A stretch of 64,000 nucleotides of DNA from Octopus sinensis (Eukaryota), in NCBI RefSeq assembly GCF_006345805.1, contig NC_042997.1, forward strand, positions 196,354,001 to 196,418,000. Direction: 5' to 3'. The notes beneath the pieces are model-generated. The model searched no databases, was not told where the DNA came from, and saw nothing but the letters and a program-made list of their open reading frames with translations. Shown here one piece after another: positions 1 through 11,960 of the stretch. How positions within the stretch are numbered: position 1 is the stretch's first letter; each line of letters begins with the position of its first letter. The position numbers and the translations under genes are program-made.

Positions 1-228
1 CGATGATAGAAATGTTGTTTTGACTAATCTTGAAACGTACGTTCTCGAATAACCTTAGCATTTGATTTTCGATGTCATTACCCCCAAACTTTTGTGAGTT
101 AAATTATGCAAACACTATATAGAGAGAGATTTTCTTTAAGTATTAGAAATAGCCTTAAAAAAGTTTTTTAGCTGCTATTTCTAATGAGTTCAGTATGCGG
201 CAAAGTAATTTATTTTACTAAGCCCTTT

Positions 229-259
<31 letters not shown>

Positions 260-379
260 CATACATCACAATCAAGGAACGGCCATAATAGGCCATTCAC
301 CCACTAGAAATAACAGCCAAAGCTTCAACCGCAAAATAACATCAATTCCGTAAACCAGGAGAAAATATATACATAAATA

Positions 380-482
<103 letters not shown>

Positions 483-644
483 TGTATGTATGTATGTATG
501 TATGTATGTATAGAAAACTGTCCTATGTAACTAAATATACCTACATTGTTTTAAACAAAACTACATTGTTTTAAACTTATGGCCACAGTTTGCTGTCACT
601 AAAGCAGGTGAATGCTGAAACTGTAATATTAGTATGTAGATAAA

Positions 645-1130
645 GTGGCGAGTTGACAGAATGCTTAGCGGTATTTTGTCTGCCGTTACGTTCAAATTCC
701 ACCGGGGTTGACTTTACCTTTCATCCTTTCGGAGTAGATAAATTAAGTACCAGTTACGCACTGGGGTCGATATAATCGACTTAATCCGTTTGCGTGTCCT
801 TGTTTGTCCGCTCTGTGTTTAACCTCTTGTGGGTAGTAAAGAAATAGGTGTTTTGTCTGTCTTTATGTTCTGAGTTTAAACTCCGTTGAGGTCGACTTTA
901 CCTTTCATCCTTTCGGGGTCGATAAATTAAGTACCAATTGCATACAGTGGTCGATCTAATCGACTGGCCTCCTCCCAAAAATTTCGGGCCTTACTTAGCG
1001 GTATTTCATCTGCTGTCACGTTCTGAGTTCAAATTCCGCCGAGGTCGTCTTTACCTTTCATCCTTTCGGAGTCGATAAATTAAGTACCAGTTACGCACTG
1101 GGGTCAATGTAATCGACTTAATTTTGTCTG
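645..1130 (+). mobile_element. tRNA-derived SINE family A, head-to-tail multimer (about 3 core units)
   Basis: Repeated core gttcaaattccgccgaggtcgactttacctttcatcctttcggggtcgataaattaagtaccag with a B-box-like GTTCAAATTCC. Confidence 0.85.
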
Positions 1131-1274
1131 TCGATAAAATTTGTCTTTGAAAAATTATGAGAACATTTCTAAAAACGTTTGCACTATGTCTATCTATCAT
1201 ACCAGAATTACATAGAAATTTACATCATATTTCATTCGGCTATGCACAAATAGGAATAATATAATGTACCTTAA

Positions 1275-1487
1275 GGCGTCGAGCTGGCAGAAACGTTAGC
1301 ACGCCGGGCAAAGTGCTTAGCGGTATTTTGTCTGTCGTTACGCTCTAGGTTCAAATTCCGCCGAGGTCGACTTTGCCTTTCATCCTTTCGGGGTCGACAC
1401 ATTAAATACCAGCTGCATACAGGAGTCGATCTAATCGATTGTCCCCCTCCCCCAAAATTTCGGACCTTGCGCCTAGTGTAGAAAATA
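1275..1487 (+). mobile_element. SINE family A, single copy
   Basis: ggcgtcgagctggcagaaacgttag head, B-box ggttcaaattcc, same core as other copies. Confidence 0.85.
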
Positions 1488-1619
1488 ATATGATTGCATT
1501 GTTTTAAACTTTTGGCCACAGTTTGCTTTCATTAAAACAAGCGAATGCTGAAACTGTAATATTAGTATACAGAATAGGCTGACAGAAGCTTAGCGGCATT
1601 TCGTTCGTACAAATTCGAA

Positions 1620-2155
1620 CCTGGCTACGAAGTTCTTCCCCACCCAGCTTATTCTTTAGACCTTTCTCCAACTGACTACCACTTTTCAAGCACCTAAACC
1701 CGAGTTTTTCAAAAAGGTTATGGTGACTGTTTGGTGGCGTACTGCTGGACTCATCCACTATAACTTCTTAGAACCCGGAAATAGACACATATTGCCGTGA
1801 TATTGCCAAATTAAACTAAAAACTACTACTCCTCCGTCTCAGACTAGTCAACAGAAGAGGGTCAATCATTCTTCATGACAATGCTCGACCACACGTTTCA
1901 CTAATGACTCTGCAGAAGTTGAGGGAACCTGGCTACGAAGTTCATCCCCACCCAGCTTATTCTCTAGACCTTTCTCCTACTGACTACCACTTTTCAAGCA
2001 CCTTTATGGTTTCCAGCGAGAGAAGGAGTTAAAAAATCAAACCGATGCTGAAAGGAGCACCAGTACTCCAAATTTTTTATTTTACCAGAATAAACAAATT
2101 TATAACTCATTGGCAAAAATTTGCTGATTGTAATGGTACTTACTTTGATGAATAA
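1620..2155 (+). pseudogene. mariner transposase C-terminal relic (Hsmar1/cecropia-like), rearranged
   Basis: Reads KKVMVTVWW, LHDNARPHVS and PHPAYSLDLSPTDYHFFKHL; the PHPAY...FKHL block occurs twice (about 1620-1695 and 1928-2003). Confidence 0.8.
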
Positions 2156-2464
2156 AATTTCCGTATTGTTCAAATATATTGTGATGAACTTAACTTTTTG
2201 CTGAGGTTTTTGTCTGAGAGAAAAACTTCACAACGACATCTTGCGTTAAAAAGACAGCATGTATCGAAGCGAAATTAATTGTGTCGTACGATTCATGGGA
2301 ATGTCAGATGCCTTTTGTCTTTCGGGAGTCTTTCTAAAAGCGTGTACGCATTTTCACAATCACATATTTGAATAAAATTCATCCCTCGATGTTTGCGAAA
2401 AAAACTGAATAGCATGCCAGACTGTATCTCCATAGACACCTGCGTATGTAAGTGTGAGAATATA

Positions 2465-3709
2465 CGAGGGGCGTTCAATAAGTAATGCCCCTGACCCACT
2501 TCCCATAGCAGTAGAGCAACGAAACTTGGCACAGGTATTAGTCCTTTTCAGCATAGGAACGACGCAGAGTTACGCATTTCTCCCATCGTTTGATGCAGCT
2601 CTGGAGACCGTTTTCGTAGAAGAACCCCAGCGGTCCTCCAACCACGACGTGACTTCAAAATCAAGGCTGCATCATCTGGGAAACGCTTTCCTTTTAAAAA
2701 ACACTTCATGGCTGGGAAGAGGTGAAAATCAGAGGGTGCAAGGTCAGGAGAGTAGAGGGATGGGGAAGAGTTCATAGCCGCACGCCTTCCTTCTGATCTG
2801 GCGACACGCGAGTTGTGGACCGGAGCGTTGTCCTGCAGGAGGAGGATACCTTGCTGATCTTGCCCCGCCTCTAGCTTCTCTTAATTTCCTCAAAAGTGAA
2901 GCATGATAGGCTCCTGTAATTGTGGTACCCTTTGCCAGGAAATCTGTCATCACTACTCCGTCCTGGTCCCAGAAGACTGTGAGCATGACCTTGCCAGCGG
3001 AGGGCTGCACCCTAGCCCTTCTTGGAGGAGGTGAGTCATGGTGCTTCCACTGCATTGACGGACTTTGGTCTCTGGATGTGATAGTGATGGACCCAGGTCT
3101 CATCCTGTGTAATCAGTCTTTTGAAAAATTTTGACTCATCTTCTTGGCACATCCCTAAATTCATCCTCGAGCACTCGACGCGTTCTTGCTTCTGGAAAAG
3201 TGTGAGCAACCTGGGAATTCATCTGGCAGACACATTTTGCATATGCAAATGGTCAGGAATGATAGTTTCCACAGACCCGGTACTAATCTTGATCTCATGG
3301 GCTATTTGGCGAATAGTTATGCGTCGACCTTCCAAAATGGCAGCTTCAACTTGACGGACAGATGCCTCATCAATGGCAGAAGAGGTGCGACCATGTTTGA
3401 ATTCACGATGCCAGCGTTTTACAAGGTCATATGATGGGGCATCATCACCATAAGTTACTTTCATTTCATCAAAAGTCTGCTGTGGTGTGCGTCATTTCAA
3501 ATACAAAAACCGGACCACTGCTCGACACTCAACAGGCTCCATTTTTCACTTGACTCATTTCAAACACCTGTAAATAAGAAACCACAATTAGCTCGAAGCT
3601 GTAATTTGCTACGTAATCCATAGAAATATGAATAATTGAACATGCAAAATTTCAGCTAGATCAAACAAAGGCATGTGGGTCAGAGGCATTACTTATTGAA
3701 CGCCCCTCG
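2465..3709 (-). mobile_element. Full-length mariner (D,D34D; Himar1/irritans-like) DNA transposon, defective
   Basis: TIRs cgaggggcgttcaataagtaatgcccctgaccca / tgggtcagaggcattacttattgaacgcccctcg, flanked by TA on both sides; 1245 bp. Confidence 0.95.
2538..3542 (-). pseudogene. mariner transposase pseudogene
   Basis: MEPVECRAVVRFLYLK*, ITQDETWVHHY, SAGKVMLTVFWD, LQDNAPVH and YSPDLAPSDFHLF, interrupted by a stop, frameshifts and a small deletion. Confidence 0.9.
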
Positions 3710-3734
3710 TATATATATATTCATTGCATGTATA

Positions 3735-3935
3735 CATTTTTTATTCTTTTACTTGTTTCTGTCAATCGACTGTAACCATGATAGATCACCGCCTTTAGTT
3801 GAACAAATTGCCTCCAGAAATTATTCTTTGTAAGCCTTGTACTTATTGTATAGGTTTCTTTTGCCGAACCAGCATCGGTTGTCAAGCGATGTTGTGAGGG
3901 GGGGGGAGAAACATAGACACACAAATACATACACC
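3735..3935 (-). mobile_element. SINE family B, 3' half
   Basis: Matches the family-B tail (ttgccgaacc...catcggttgtcaagcgatg) seen in the full copy at 44150-44563. Confidence 0.8.
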
Positions 3936-3984
3936 TCATATAAATTATATATATACACACACACACACCACACACACACACCAC

Positions 3985-4028
<44 letters not shown>

Positions 4029-4097
4029 ATTATATATATATATATATATATAGTATATATCATATATATATATATATATATATAATTATTACCAAAT

Positions 4098-4480
4098 TAG
4101 TAATATGCACCTTGAAAGATGCATCATTGCTCCTGTCAATGCCCAGGTCACGCATTGATTTTGATTCAAGGATTGCAATTCTATCTGCATGTCGTTCAGC
4201 ATGGTTTTGCAGGGTTTGCAATTGTCCTCCATTAAACTGGATGTTGTTGACCTCAGCCCACATAATATATATATATATATATTGTGTCCAGTTCCCGTTG
4301 CAGATGCGCAGTATTTCCAGTACTTTGTAGTGTTTGAGAGATTTTGTGCCATCTGATTGATAGCGAGGATGGCTATCCGAGAAGCTGAGGGCAGGTTTGA
4401 GAAGGCCTCTATAAATAGTATTGACTAGAAGACAGTGCCCTGTGGAATATTATTTACTATTTGCATTTCCTTTGACGTGG
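4098..4480 (-). pseudogene. CR1/L2-group LINE reverse transcriptase fragment
   Basis: Minus strand reads PQGTV...HLQRELDTI...WAEVNNIQFN...MRDLGIDRSNDASFKVHI, with a (TA)n expansion inside. Confidence 0.8.
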
Positions 4481-5583
4481 CCCCCTTGGACAAACTACCT
4501 GATATCTATATTTTAGAAAGTCGTATAGCAACTGTCCAAGTTTTCCCACAATGCCGAAATTAAGTAGTTTGTGACATATATCTATCTTTTATGTATGTAT
4601 ATATACATAGATATATGAAACTATGTATGTATGTGTGTTTACGGATGGATAGTCTTAAAGATATATATATACCTATATTTTGATACAATCAACAACGAAA
4701 GTAGACAATCGTGTGTAATTCACACGTTGATGTTTACACATATATCACACATGTGCGTACACACAAAATATGTGTGGCAGTATGAATGTATAAACACATG
4801 TACAAACACATGCACACGCACATATATACACACACACACAAGCACACATACATATATAAGGATAAAGTAGTGTGTGTGTATGTGTGTGTGTGTCCATACA
4901 CAATAATTGGTGACAATGTGCTTAAACATTAGTCTATACATCATATAAATACATGTATCCATTATCTAAATACATACATGCACATAGGCACCTATGTATA
5001 TATAGTATATAGATATATAATATATATAATATATATATATATATCTATTTTATATATATATACATATACATGTGTATATATGTATATACATATACAAATA
5101 CAAGCTACCCAATCCATTAAAAAATATATATTATAACGTTACACACACACACACATACTTATATATATATATATATATATATATGCCAATGTAAATATGT
5201 GCGCAGACGTGAGTGTATGTGTATTTCCTAACGAGAACAACCTGCCACTGTTTGCGACGTCGTCTATTGTTACGGCTGTTAAATAAAGAATGCATTTTTC
5301 TTCATATTGCCATTACTTTGATATTATGGTTAATCAACAATAACTAGATTGTAAAAACTTTCAAAGATTTGATGAGTGTTCTCCTCCGGGTTACACGATT
5401 CTTTGCAAAAAATATGTCAAATGTCTTTTAATGGAAACGTTATTGCTTTTGCTAATGGGATTACTCTACAAATTATTCTTCCGCGCCAGTATTGTCTAGC
5501 AAATATGCGCTTATATATATGTAGGTATATACATACATACATATATATATAAGTATATTTATATCTGTATATATATATATCTA

Positions 5584-5627
<44 letters not shown>

Positions 5628-5710
5628 ATATACATATATATACATAATATATATATACACACATACACACGCATATATATATGTAAATGGTGTGTGTAAT
5701 ATATATATAT

Positions 5711-5741
<31 letters not shown>

Positions 5742-6989
5742 AACATATGTATTGATAAACGTATGTAAACACAAATGCATGTGTGTGTATATCTGTCTGT
5801 CTGTCTTTCTGTATGCATGTATGTATTCGCACACATATTCAAATTCATAGACATGTACGGAAATATATATATATATGTATGTATGAATGAGTATATGTGC
5901 ATATTTAAACGGCATACACATATACATACTTAATTTACATACATACCTACATACATACATACATATGCATATACATGCATACACGCATACATACACACAC
6001 GCACATGCATACATATATGCATATACAGAGAGCGAGAGGGAGATATAGACTTAGTCGCAGACAGTGTCAAAGTAAATGACAAATAGAGCGAATGACAGAG
6101 ACAGACAGACAGACAGACAGATAGACGGACAGAGACAGACAGAGAGAGGGAGAATGTTATATATAATGTGGAATTAAATATATAAGAACCAGTTTCCAAA
6201 CGTCCATATACCTATATAGAATGCCGTAAAACACACACACACAACCTATATATATAGTCACGTGTCAATATCACAAGAGACGCATTCATAAATCCTTGCG
6301 AATATGTTGGTTCATATAAACGAACGCCTGATCATATCTGTACATATTTACACATCTACATACGCGGTCTATGTTCGGTCTATTGTTTCGTTTTCGTACC
6401 AGCTATAATGATGCTTTTACAGAAATTTAACAATTTGAGAACATCATCGACGTAGCACCACATTAGAGAATTACAATAAAGACCGCTAAAACGAATCATT
6501 ACTAGTAATCATAGAATCACATCCACCTTTCTCTTGTACCATTAGACAGAATATATTTGTGTTCTTGGTGTTGATTCATTTTGTTTTATTTTTTACCAAA
6601 TTATTGCATTCATTGCAATAAATTATACTTCTTGTGCGTTTTTTTTCTTTCATCTTTACAGTTATTCGTGCAAGTGTAACCGTCTGACGACTTCATATTA
6701 TGTATAAACATTAATTTAAAATAGAACTGAAAAACAAAGGCATGTTGATAGTAAAACCGTCGGTTCAATGTGTGCCTGCACGTTCACGCCATAGCGTGTA
6801 TTGCTTTCCTTCTGCGTAGAAATTAAAATTTATTCTATTTTAAATTTAGTATTTTCTCACTTCTAGATAATTCATTAGCCACGTGTAAAATTTCTGTTCA
6901 GACTTCAAGTAATATAATCATGCAAACATACATACATACATACATACATACATACATACATACATACATACATACATACATACATACAT

Positions 6990-7240
6990 ACTTACAGAAA
7001 GTTTACCATTTAAGTATATACGAGTATGTCTTGATATGCAAGTATATGCATGAGAAGACATACATAAAACAAAAAAAAATTGGCACGTATACATACAAAC
7101 ATACATATATACAAACATATATATATATATACCCTGTTTGATGTTAAAATTCCAATGAAGGGGCCTTGGATCTAGGTTAGAAACTGGCTCTTTCTATATT
7201 GGTGAGAAACCTTAATATAAAAGTGAATAATGACATTTAT
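6990..7240 (+). repeat. Dispersed repeat, about 250 bp (second copy 63650-63880)
   Basis: Shared gatgttraaattccaatgaag...ccttggatctaggttagaaac block and the upstream tatatgcatgagaagacat block. Confidence 0.75.
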
Positions 7241-7405
7241 ACGTGTGCGGTGTGTGTGCGTGTGTGTGTGTGTGTGTATGTGTGTGTGTGTGTGTGTGTG
7301 TCCTTGAGATACATGCTGCCGATACCGAAGGGTTTACAACATTGTAATAGATTTAGACGGGTTTGCTAAACCTCTCAGTAATTCCAATTTACTTCACCTA
7401 TATGT

Positions 7406-7438
<33 letters not shown>

Positions 7439-7440
7439 TG

Positions 7441-7772
7441 TAAGACCCCCTTCGGTCATGAGTGACCATGGGTTTGCACCTAGAGAGTTACCCTCTGAGG
7501 CACAAGTCTGGGTAAGGTTGTTTTTATGGAAGACCAGCAGTCACCCATGCATACCGGCCTCCCCTCTCCACGCCACCAGTGTTATCCAAGGGAAAGACAG
7601 AGGTCGATACAGCTTGGCACCTGTGACGTCGCAACTCATTTCTACAGCTGAGTGAACTGGAGCAACGTGAAATAAAGTGTCTTGCTCAAGAACACAACAC
7701 GCAGCCCGGTCCGGGATTCGAGATCACAACCTCACGATCGTAAGCTCGATGCTCTAACCACTGAGCCATGCG

Positions 7773-7775
<3 letters not shown>
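7441..7775 (-). mobile_element. SINE with family-C tRNA head and a different, possibly RTE-derived, tail
   Basis: Head ggcgcatggctcagtggttagagc...gttcttgagcaagacactttatttcacgttgctccag; tail ends catgaccgaagggggtc, also seen at about 43030-43062. Confidence 0.7.
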
Positions 7776-7810
<35 letters not shown>

Positions 7811-7819
7811 AATATATAT

Positions 7820-8005
7820 GACCGCGTTTCTATCGTTCTTCCCTTCCTTGGACTTTTCCGTTTTCTATGTTTGTGACGAAGAGCTCCGCTCGGAACGTTA
7901 AATCCTCCTTTCTTTCCTCTCCTGAGCGTCCAATAACACTATACTTTTTCCACGCCCTTACGTTGTTGTGTTTTCTCTTTGTTCATGCTTAGAGTAACTA
8001 TATAT
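7820..8005 (+). mobile_element. Penelope-like element terminal-repeat fragment with a mutated hammerhead core
   Basis: Homologous to 19290-19500; core reads gtgacgaagagctccgctcggaacgtt. Confidence 0.6.
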
Positions 8006-8300
8006 ATGTATGTGTATGTGTGTGTGCCTGAGTACGTGAGAAGGAGAAGGATTTGAGTGGCTGTGTGCAATGTAACGGACCAGCCCACGCCCACGAAACT
8101 TCGAACCTTGGTCTCAAAGAGCTGACAGGTCTGAGAGCTGCATCAGCTCCAATGTGATTTGGCTTGGTTTCTACCGCTGGAGGTCCTTCCTAACGCCAAA
8201 CACGTTACTGCGTGGGCTGGGTGCTTTCAACGGGCACAGCGCGAGCAAATTTTCATGTCGCCAGGACGAGTGTCTTAGAACCTAAATAATAAAATAAAAT

Positions 8301-8400
8301 NNNNNNNNNNNNNNNNNNNNNNNNNNNNNNNNNNNNNNNNNNNNNNNNNNNNNNNNNNNNNNNNNNNNNNNNNNNNNNNNNNNNNNNNNNNNNNNNNNNN
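8301..8400. other. Assembly gap
   Basis: 100 N bases. Confidence 1.
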
Positions 8401-8449
8401 CTAGCCACTAAACGTTTTCTATTTTCTCTCCCTGTTTATTTCTGTGTTC

Positions 8450-8485
8450 CTTTCTGTCGAAGAGCGTAGGCTCGAAACGTAAAAG
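8450..8485 (+). ncRNA. Minimal hammerhead ribozyme-like motif, variant core, in a Penelope-like repeat
   Basis: cttt-CTGTCGA-a-GAGC-gtag-GCTC-GAAACGTA-aaag; stems I and II pair, but position 6 is U instead of the canonical A. Confidence 0.45.
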
Positions 8486-8547
8486 ACTTTCTCACTTGCC
8501 GTGCGTTAAACTAATACATCTTCGTCTTTTGTCTTGTAAATTCTCAC

Positions 8548-8621
8548 TATGTAGGCCTATAGGCTGACTTACGACCAGACAGTCGGAACCAATTGTCGTC
8601 GTAAGTCGACGACGACCTGTA
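8548..8621. mobile_element. pogo/Tigger-like MITE remnant
   Basis: Inverted gacttacgac / gtcgtaagtc; the right end resembles the reverse complement of a TACAGGTAGTCCTCGACTTACGAC-type TIR. Confidence 0.4.
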
Positions 8622-8980
8622 TATACATACATATATATGTATCCACACACACATATACACATATCTATATACACTAGTAAGTTAGAAAATAAAGGGTTAT
8701 AATTGAACAGAAGATATTTAGTCTGTCACTGTTGTACAGTTTGTTTCACTGATCACTCCGTCAAAGAATAATATCAAACGGAAACACGAAGTCTAAAATA
8801 TCAAGCGTTGTGGTGTGTTGGTAAAATGTAACAGTAAGAAAGATTTACATGACACTACATAAGTGAGGGTTTAATGTAGAGTCTGTTTAAGTGTTGCAAA
8901 GGCCACTCTGACTCATCAAGCGGTCGTCCTTTTGTCTTCACCTCTACCTACTACTCTCTGTCCAACCAATAAGCCATAAA

Positions 8981-9047
<67 letters not shown>

Positions 9048-9342
9048 GTGTGTGTGTTCGTACTCATTTTGCCCCACTGCTTTTATTTTAATCTCTCGCA
9101 GGAAGGCCTAGTGGATTAGTGTTCTGTCTTGCCTTCGAAACATGCTTGAGTCTACTTGCGACAGCTGATGACGGGGGTTTTTTCTTGTGTAGCACGTCCT
9201 GTAACTGTTTTTTTGTTTTTCCCGTTTCTACGTCTTGTTGTGGTGTCCTGTACTCACGTATAATTATTTATATATGCATGTATATATACATGTAGATGTA
9301 GGTACGTACATATGTTTGTATGTATGCATATATTTTTATTTA

Positions 9343-9399
<57 letters not shown>

Positions 9400-9504
9400 A
9401 TATATATATATATATATAATATATATAATATATATATATATATTTACTGCGAAGGTTTTTGTTAAGCATTGTCGATTTTTACAATTCTGTAAATAATAAT
9501 AATA

Positions 9505-9660
9505 GTATTTTATAAGCTTAAAGCTTATAGCAATCATCGAGGGATGACTAAAGAAAATAGTCTGATAATGGGGCATATAAGCACTCGATGGCTCCATTAT
9601 GAGACTATTTTCTTTAGTCATCGCGCAGTGATCACTATAAGCTTTAAGCTTATAAAATAC
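9505..9660. mobile_element. Hairpin MITE with TA flanks
   Basis: Arms of about 70 bp: gtattttataagcttaaagcttatag...gactaaagaaaatagtc and its reverse complement; TA on each side. Confidence 0.85.
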
Positions 9661-9661
9661 T

Positions 9662-9707
<46 letters not shown>

Positions 9708-9816
9708 AATAATTAGGGGAGTTATTTCCGAGTCCACAGGGGAGAGAAGTTCAATTTAGTGGTACTAAAATGAATTACTCACTGTATTATATAATATATA
9801 TATATATATATATATA

Positions 9817-9981
9817 AGAGACAGAATCACCCTCAAGCAACTCAATCATTATTGAACGACATTATCCACATAATGTAATATATGATTTAGAATAAGAATT
9901 GTAGATATTAATTTTAATAATTTGTACCTACCGTGGATAATGTCGTTTAATGATGAGTTGCTTGAGGGTGATTCTGTCTCT
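9817..9981. mobile_element. MITE with about 50-bp TIRs and TA flanks
   Basis: agagacagaatcaccctcaagcaactc...acgacattatccac and gtggataatgtcgt...gagttgcttgagggtgattctgtctct. Confidence 0.85.
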
Positions 9982-10071
9982 TAAACCTATCTATCTGTCT
10001 GTCTGTCTTAATACAGTGACTGCGTCTATCAAAGAAACGGTATTGCAGCTGTTTACTCATCTATCTATCTA

Positions 10072-10115
<44 letters not shown>

Positions 10116-10404
10116 AACACTAATTCACATTTTCCCAAGCACCAAATGCTGTCCGACTTAAACGAAAGACTCTATCAATTTAATGACCGACTTGTGTTAC
10201 GCAAAAAAAAGAATAAAGGTTGAATCTTGCACACATATACCTAAAGAAGATCAACTAGGATAGTGTTGCTAGAAAAAAACCTCCAAACGATGTAATGCCT
10301 TTACATTACGCTAAATTTACTGTGTGAATGGTGATACATGTGAGATAGAAAAACTTCAAGATATGAAAGCGTCGGGAATAGACTGTCAGTTAATTGGTAC
10401 AAGT

Positions 10405-11051
10405 TGGTGAATGCTGCTATAATCCATGCCTTCAGTTCATCTTTGGTGTTTTGATGGTCTCTCGTTCAAATGCACCTCACACATAATAATCAAGGGGTCT
10501 GCAGTCTGGGGAGTTAGGTGGCCAGATGTTAGTGGAGATGTGGTCGCAGAAATTGTCTGACAGCCACGACTGGCTTCACCTGCTTGTGTGGTTGGTGCAG
10601 AGTCCTGTTGCCAGACATAGGGTCTTACGGCAGTCACCCTCTTGACCCAAGGCAGCTCTACCTCCTCCAGGTATTTGATGTAGGCCTCCGTGTTGAATGT
10701 GAGGCCGTATGGGAAGATGAATGGAGGCATAACGTCGCTATCACTACTGATCACTCCAAACATCATGATATTGACTGGAAGTTTGATTTTTATCACTCTC
10801 GGTACATATTCTCAGATCGACACCCAAACACTAAGAAATGTTCATAATGGAGCTTCATGCACAAATGTCAAGCAGTACAGCATGTCGTTTCCAAATTTCG
10901 AGTGGCATGAATTGCGTCATGGTGCTGTTTTTTTCACTGACGGTGCCCAACTGACCCTACTATACTGTATAGTTGACAAAATAAAAAACAAACAATGCAC
11001 ATGCACGAAATTAAAAATACAAAATGGCGACAATTTACCCGTCGCACCCTG
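10405..11051 (-). mobile_element. maT/DD37D-like Tc1-mariner relic, internally deleted and truncated
   Basis: TA-CAGGGTGCGAC end at 11051; VNIMMFGVISSD, YVWQQDSAP, a frameshifted WPPNSPD-type motif and an ELKA..IAAFTNL C-terminus. Confidence 0.75.
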
Positions 11052-11350
11052 TATATACTTCCATGAGTAAGTGTATGCGCGCATACACATATATTCCAAA
11101 TTTGTGAGTGAAACTATGTGGAGCCTATCAAACGTAGAGTACACATAATTTAAGGACCCAGCATGATTCGACCCGAGGATTGCCTTGTCGATAACATGCC
11201 TATAACGTGTAAAATACTCATTGCGGTTCATTGAGTAATCAAGTTCATCCAGTTGATTGAATAGTTGAATATGCTCCTCGTCGAAATTGACAGAGGATCC
11301 ATTTGTTGCAGGCAAATTAATCCTTCTGGGATATTCTGCATGGCATTAGG

Positions 11351-11531
11351 GTTCCATTAATGACTCGTAACTGCAATTTTCTAATTTGTCAAGTGATAAT
11401 TAGGGTTCTTTTTGTACCATTAACAGCCTCAGGACCAAGTTTCACAAGAACCCAAAAGGGCGTGACAAATTAATGGAACCCAAAAGGGCGTGACTAATTA
11501 GAAAATTGCACTCAAGATCCATTAATAGAAC
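11351..11531. repeat. Degenerate inverted-repeat element with an internal direct repeat
   Basis: gttccattaat...tgcaattttctaatt versus aattagaaaattgca...attaatagaac; gaacccaaaagggcgtgac occurs twice. Confidence 0.55.
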
Positions 11532-11640
11532 TTTAATACGATACAAAACGTAAAACATTCCTTAAGTTTATTCTGCCGTATGTAAACGAAGATAACAGAT
11601 ATGCAAACATCGATGTTTACAAGCAACTTTCAAGTCAGTT

Positions 11641-11960
11641 GTGTAGAGGCGCAATGGCCCAGTGGTTAGGGCAGCGGACTCGCGGCCGGAGGATCGCAGT
11701 TTCAATTCCCAGATCAGGCGCTGTGTGTGTTTATTGAGCGAAAACACCTAAAAGCTCTACGAGGCTCCGGCAGCGGTTGGTGGCGACCCCTGTTGTAATA
11801 TTTCGCCACAACTTTCTCTCACCCTCTCTTCCTGTTTCTTGAGTAATGCTGCGCTGGACTGGCGTCCCGTCCAGCTGTGGGGGAACACATACGCCACAGA
11901 AACCGGGAAACTGGGCCCATGAGCCTGGCTAGGCTTGAAAAGAGCAACGTTTAACGTTTT
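11641..11960 (+). mobile_element. tRNA-derived SINE family D
   Basis: gaggcgcaatggcccagtggttagggcagcggactcgcgg A-box head and gtttcaattccc B-box. Confidence 0.8.

Noticed and set aside
6662-6706. YSCKCNRLTT after a strong acceptor resembles a GPS/EGF motif
   Set aside because: A stop follows within 15 codons, the motif match is partial, and there are no supporting exons.
9150-9200. CTGATGA as a further hammerhead core
   Set aside because: No downstream GAAA or pairing stem II; at most a decayed relic.
9811-9983. TATAAGAGACAG / CTGTCTCTTA resembles the Tn5/Nextera mosaic end
   Set aside because: Only 10-12 bases match, and they continue into about 50-bp genomic inverted arms; better explained as MITE TIRs.
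11641-11725. tRNA-like sequences at SINE heads
   Set aside because: A/B boxes are present, but I could not fold a full cloverleaf and each continues into a SINE body; not tRNA genes.
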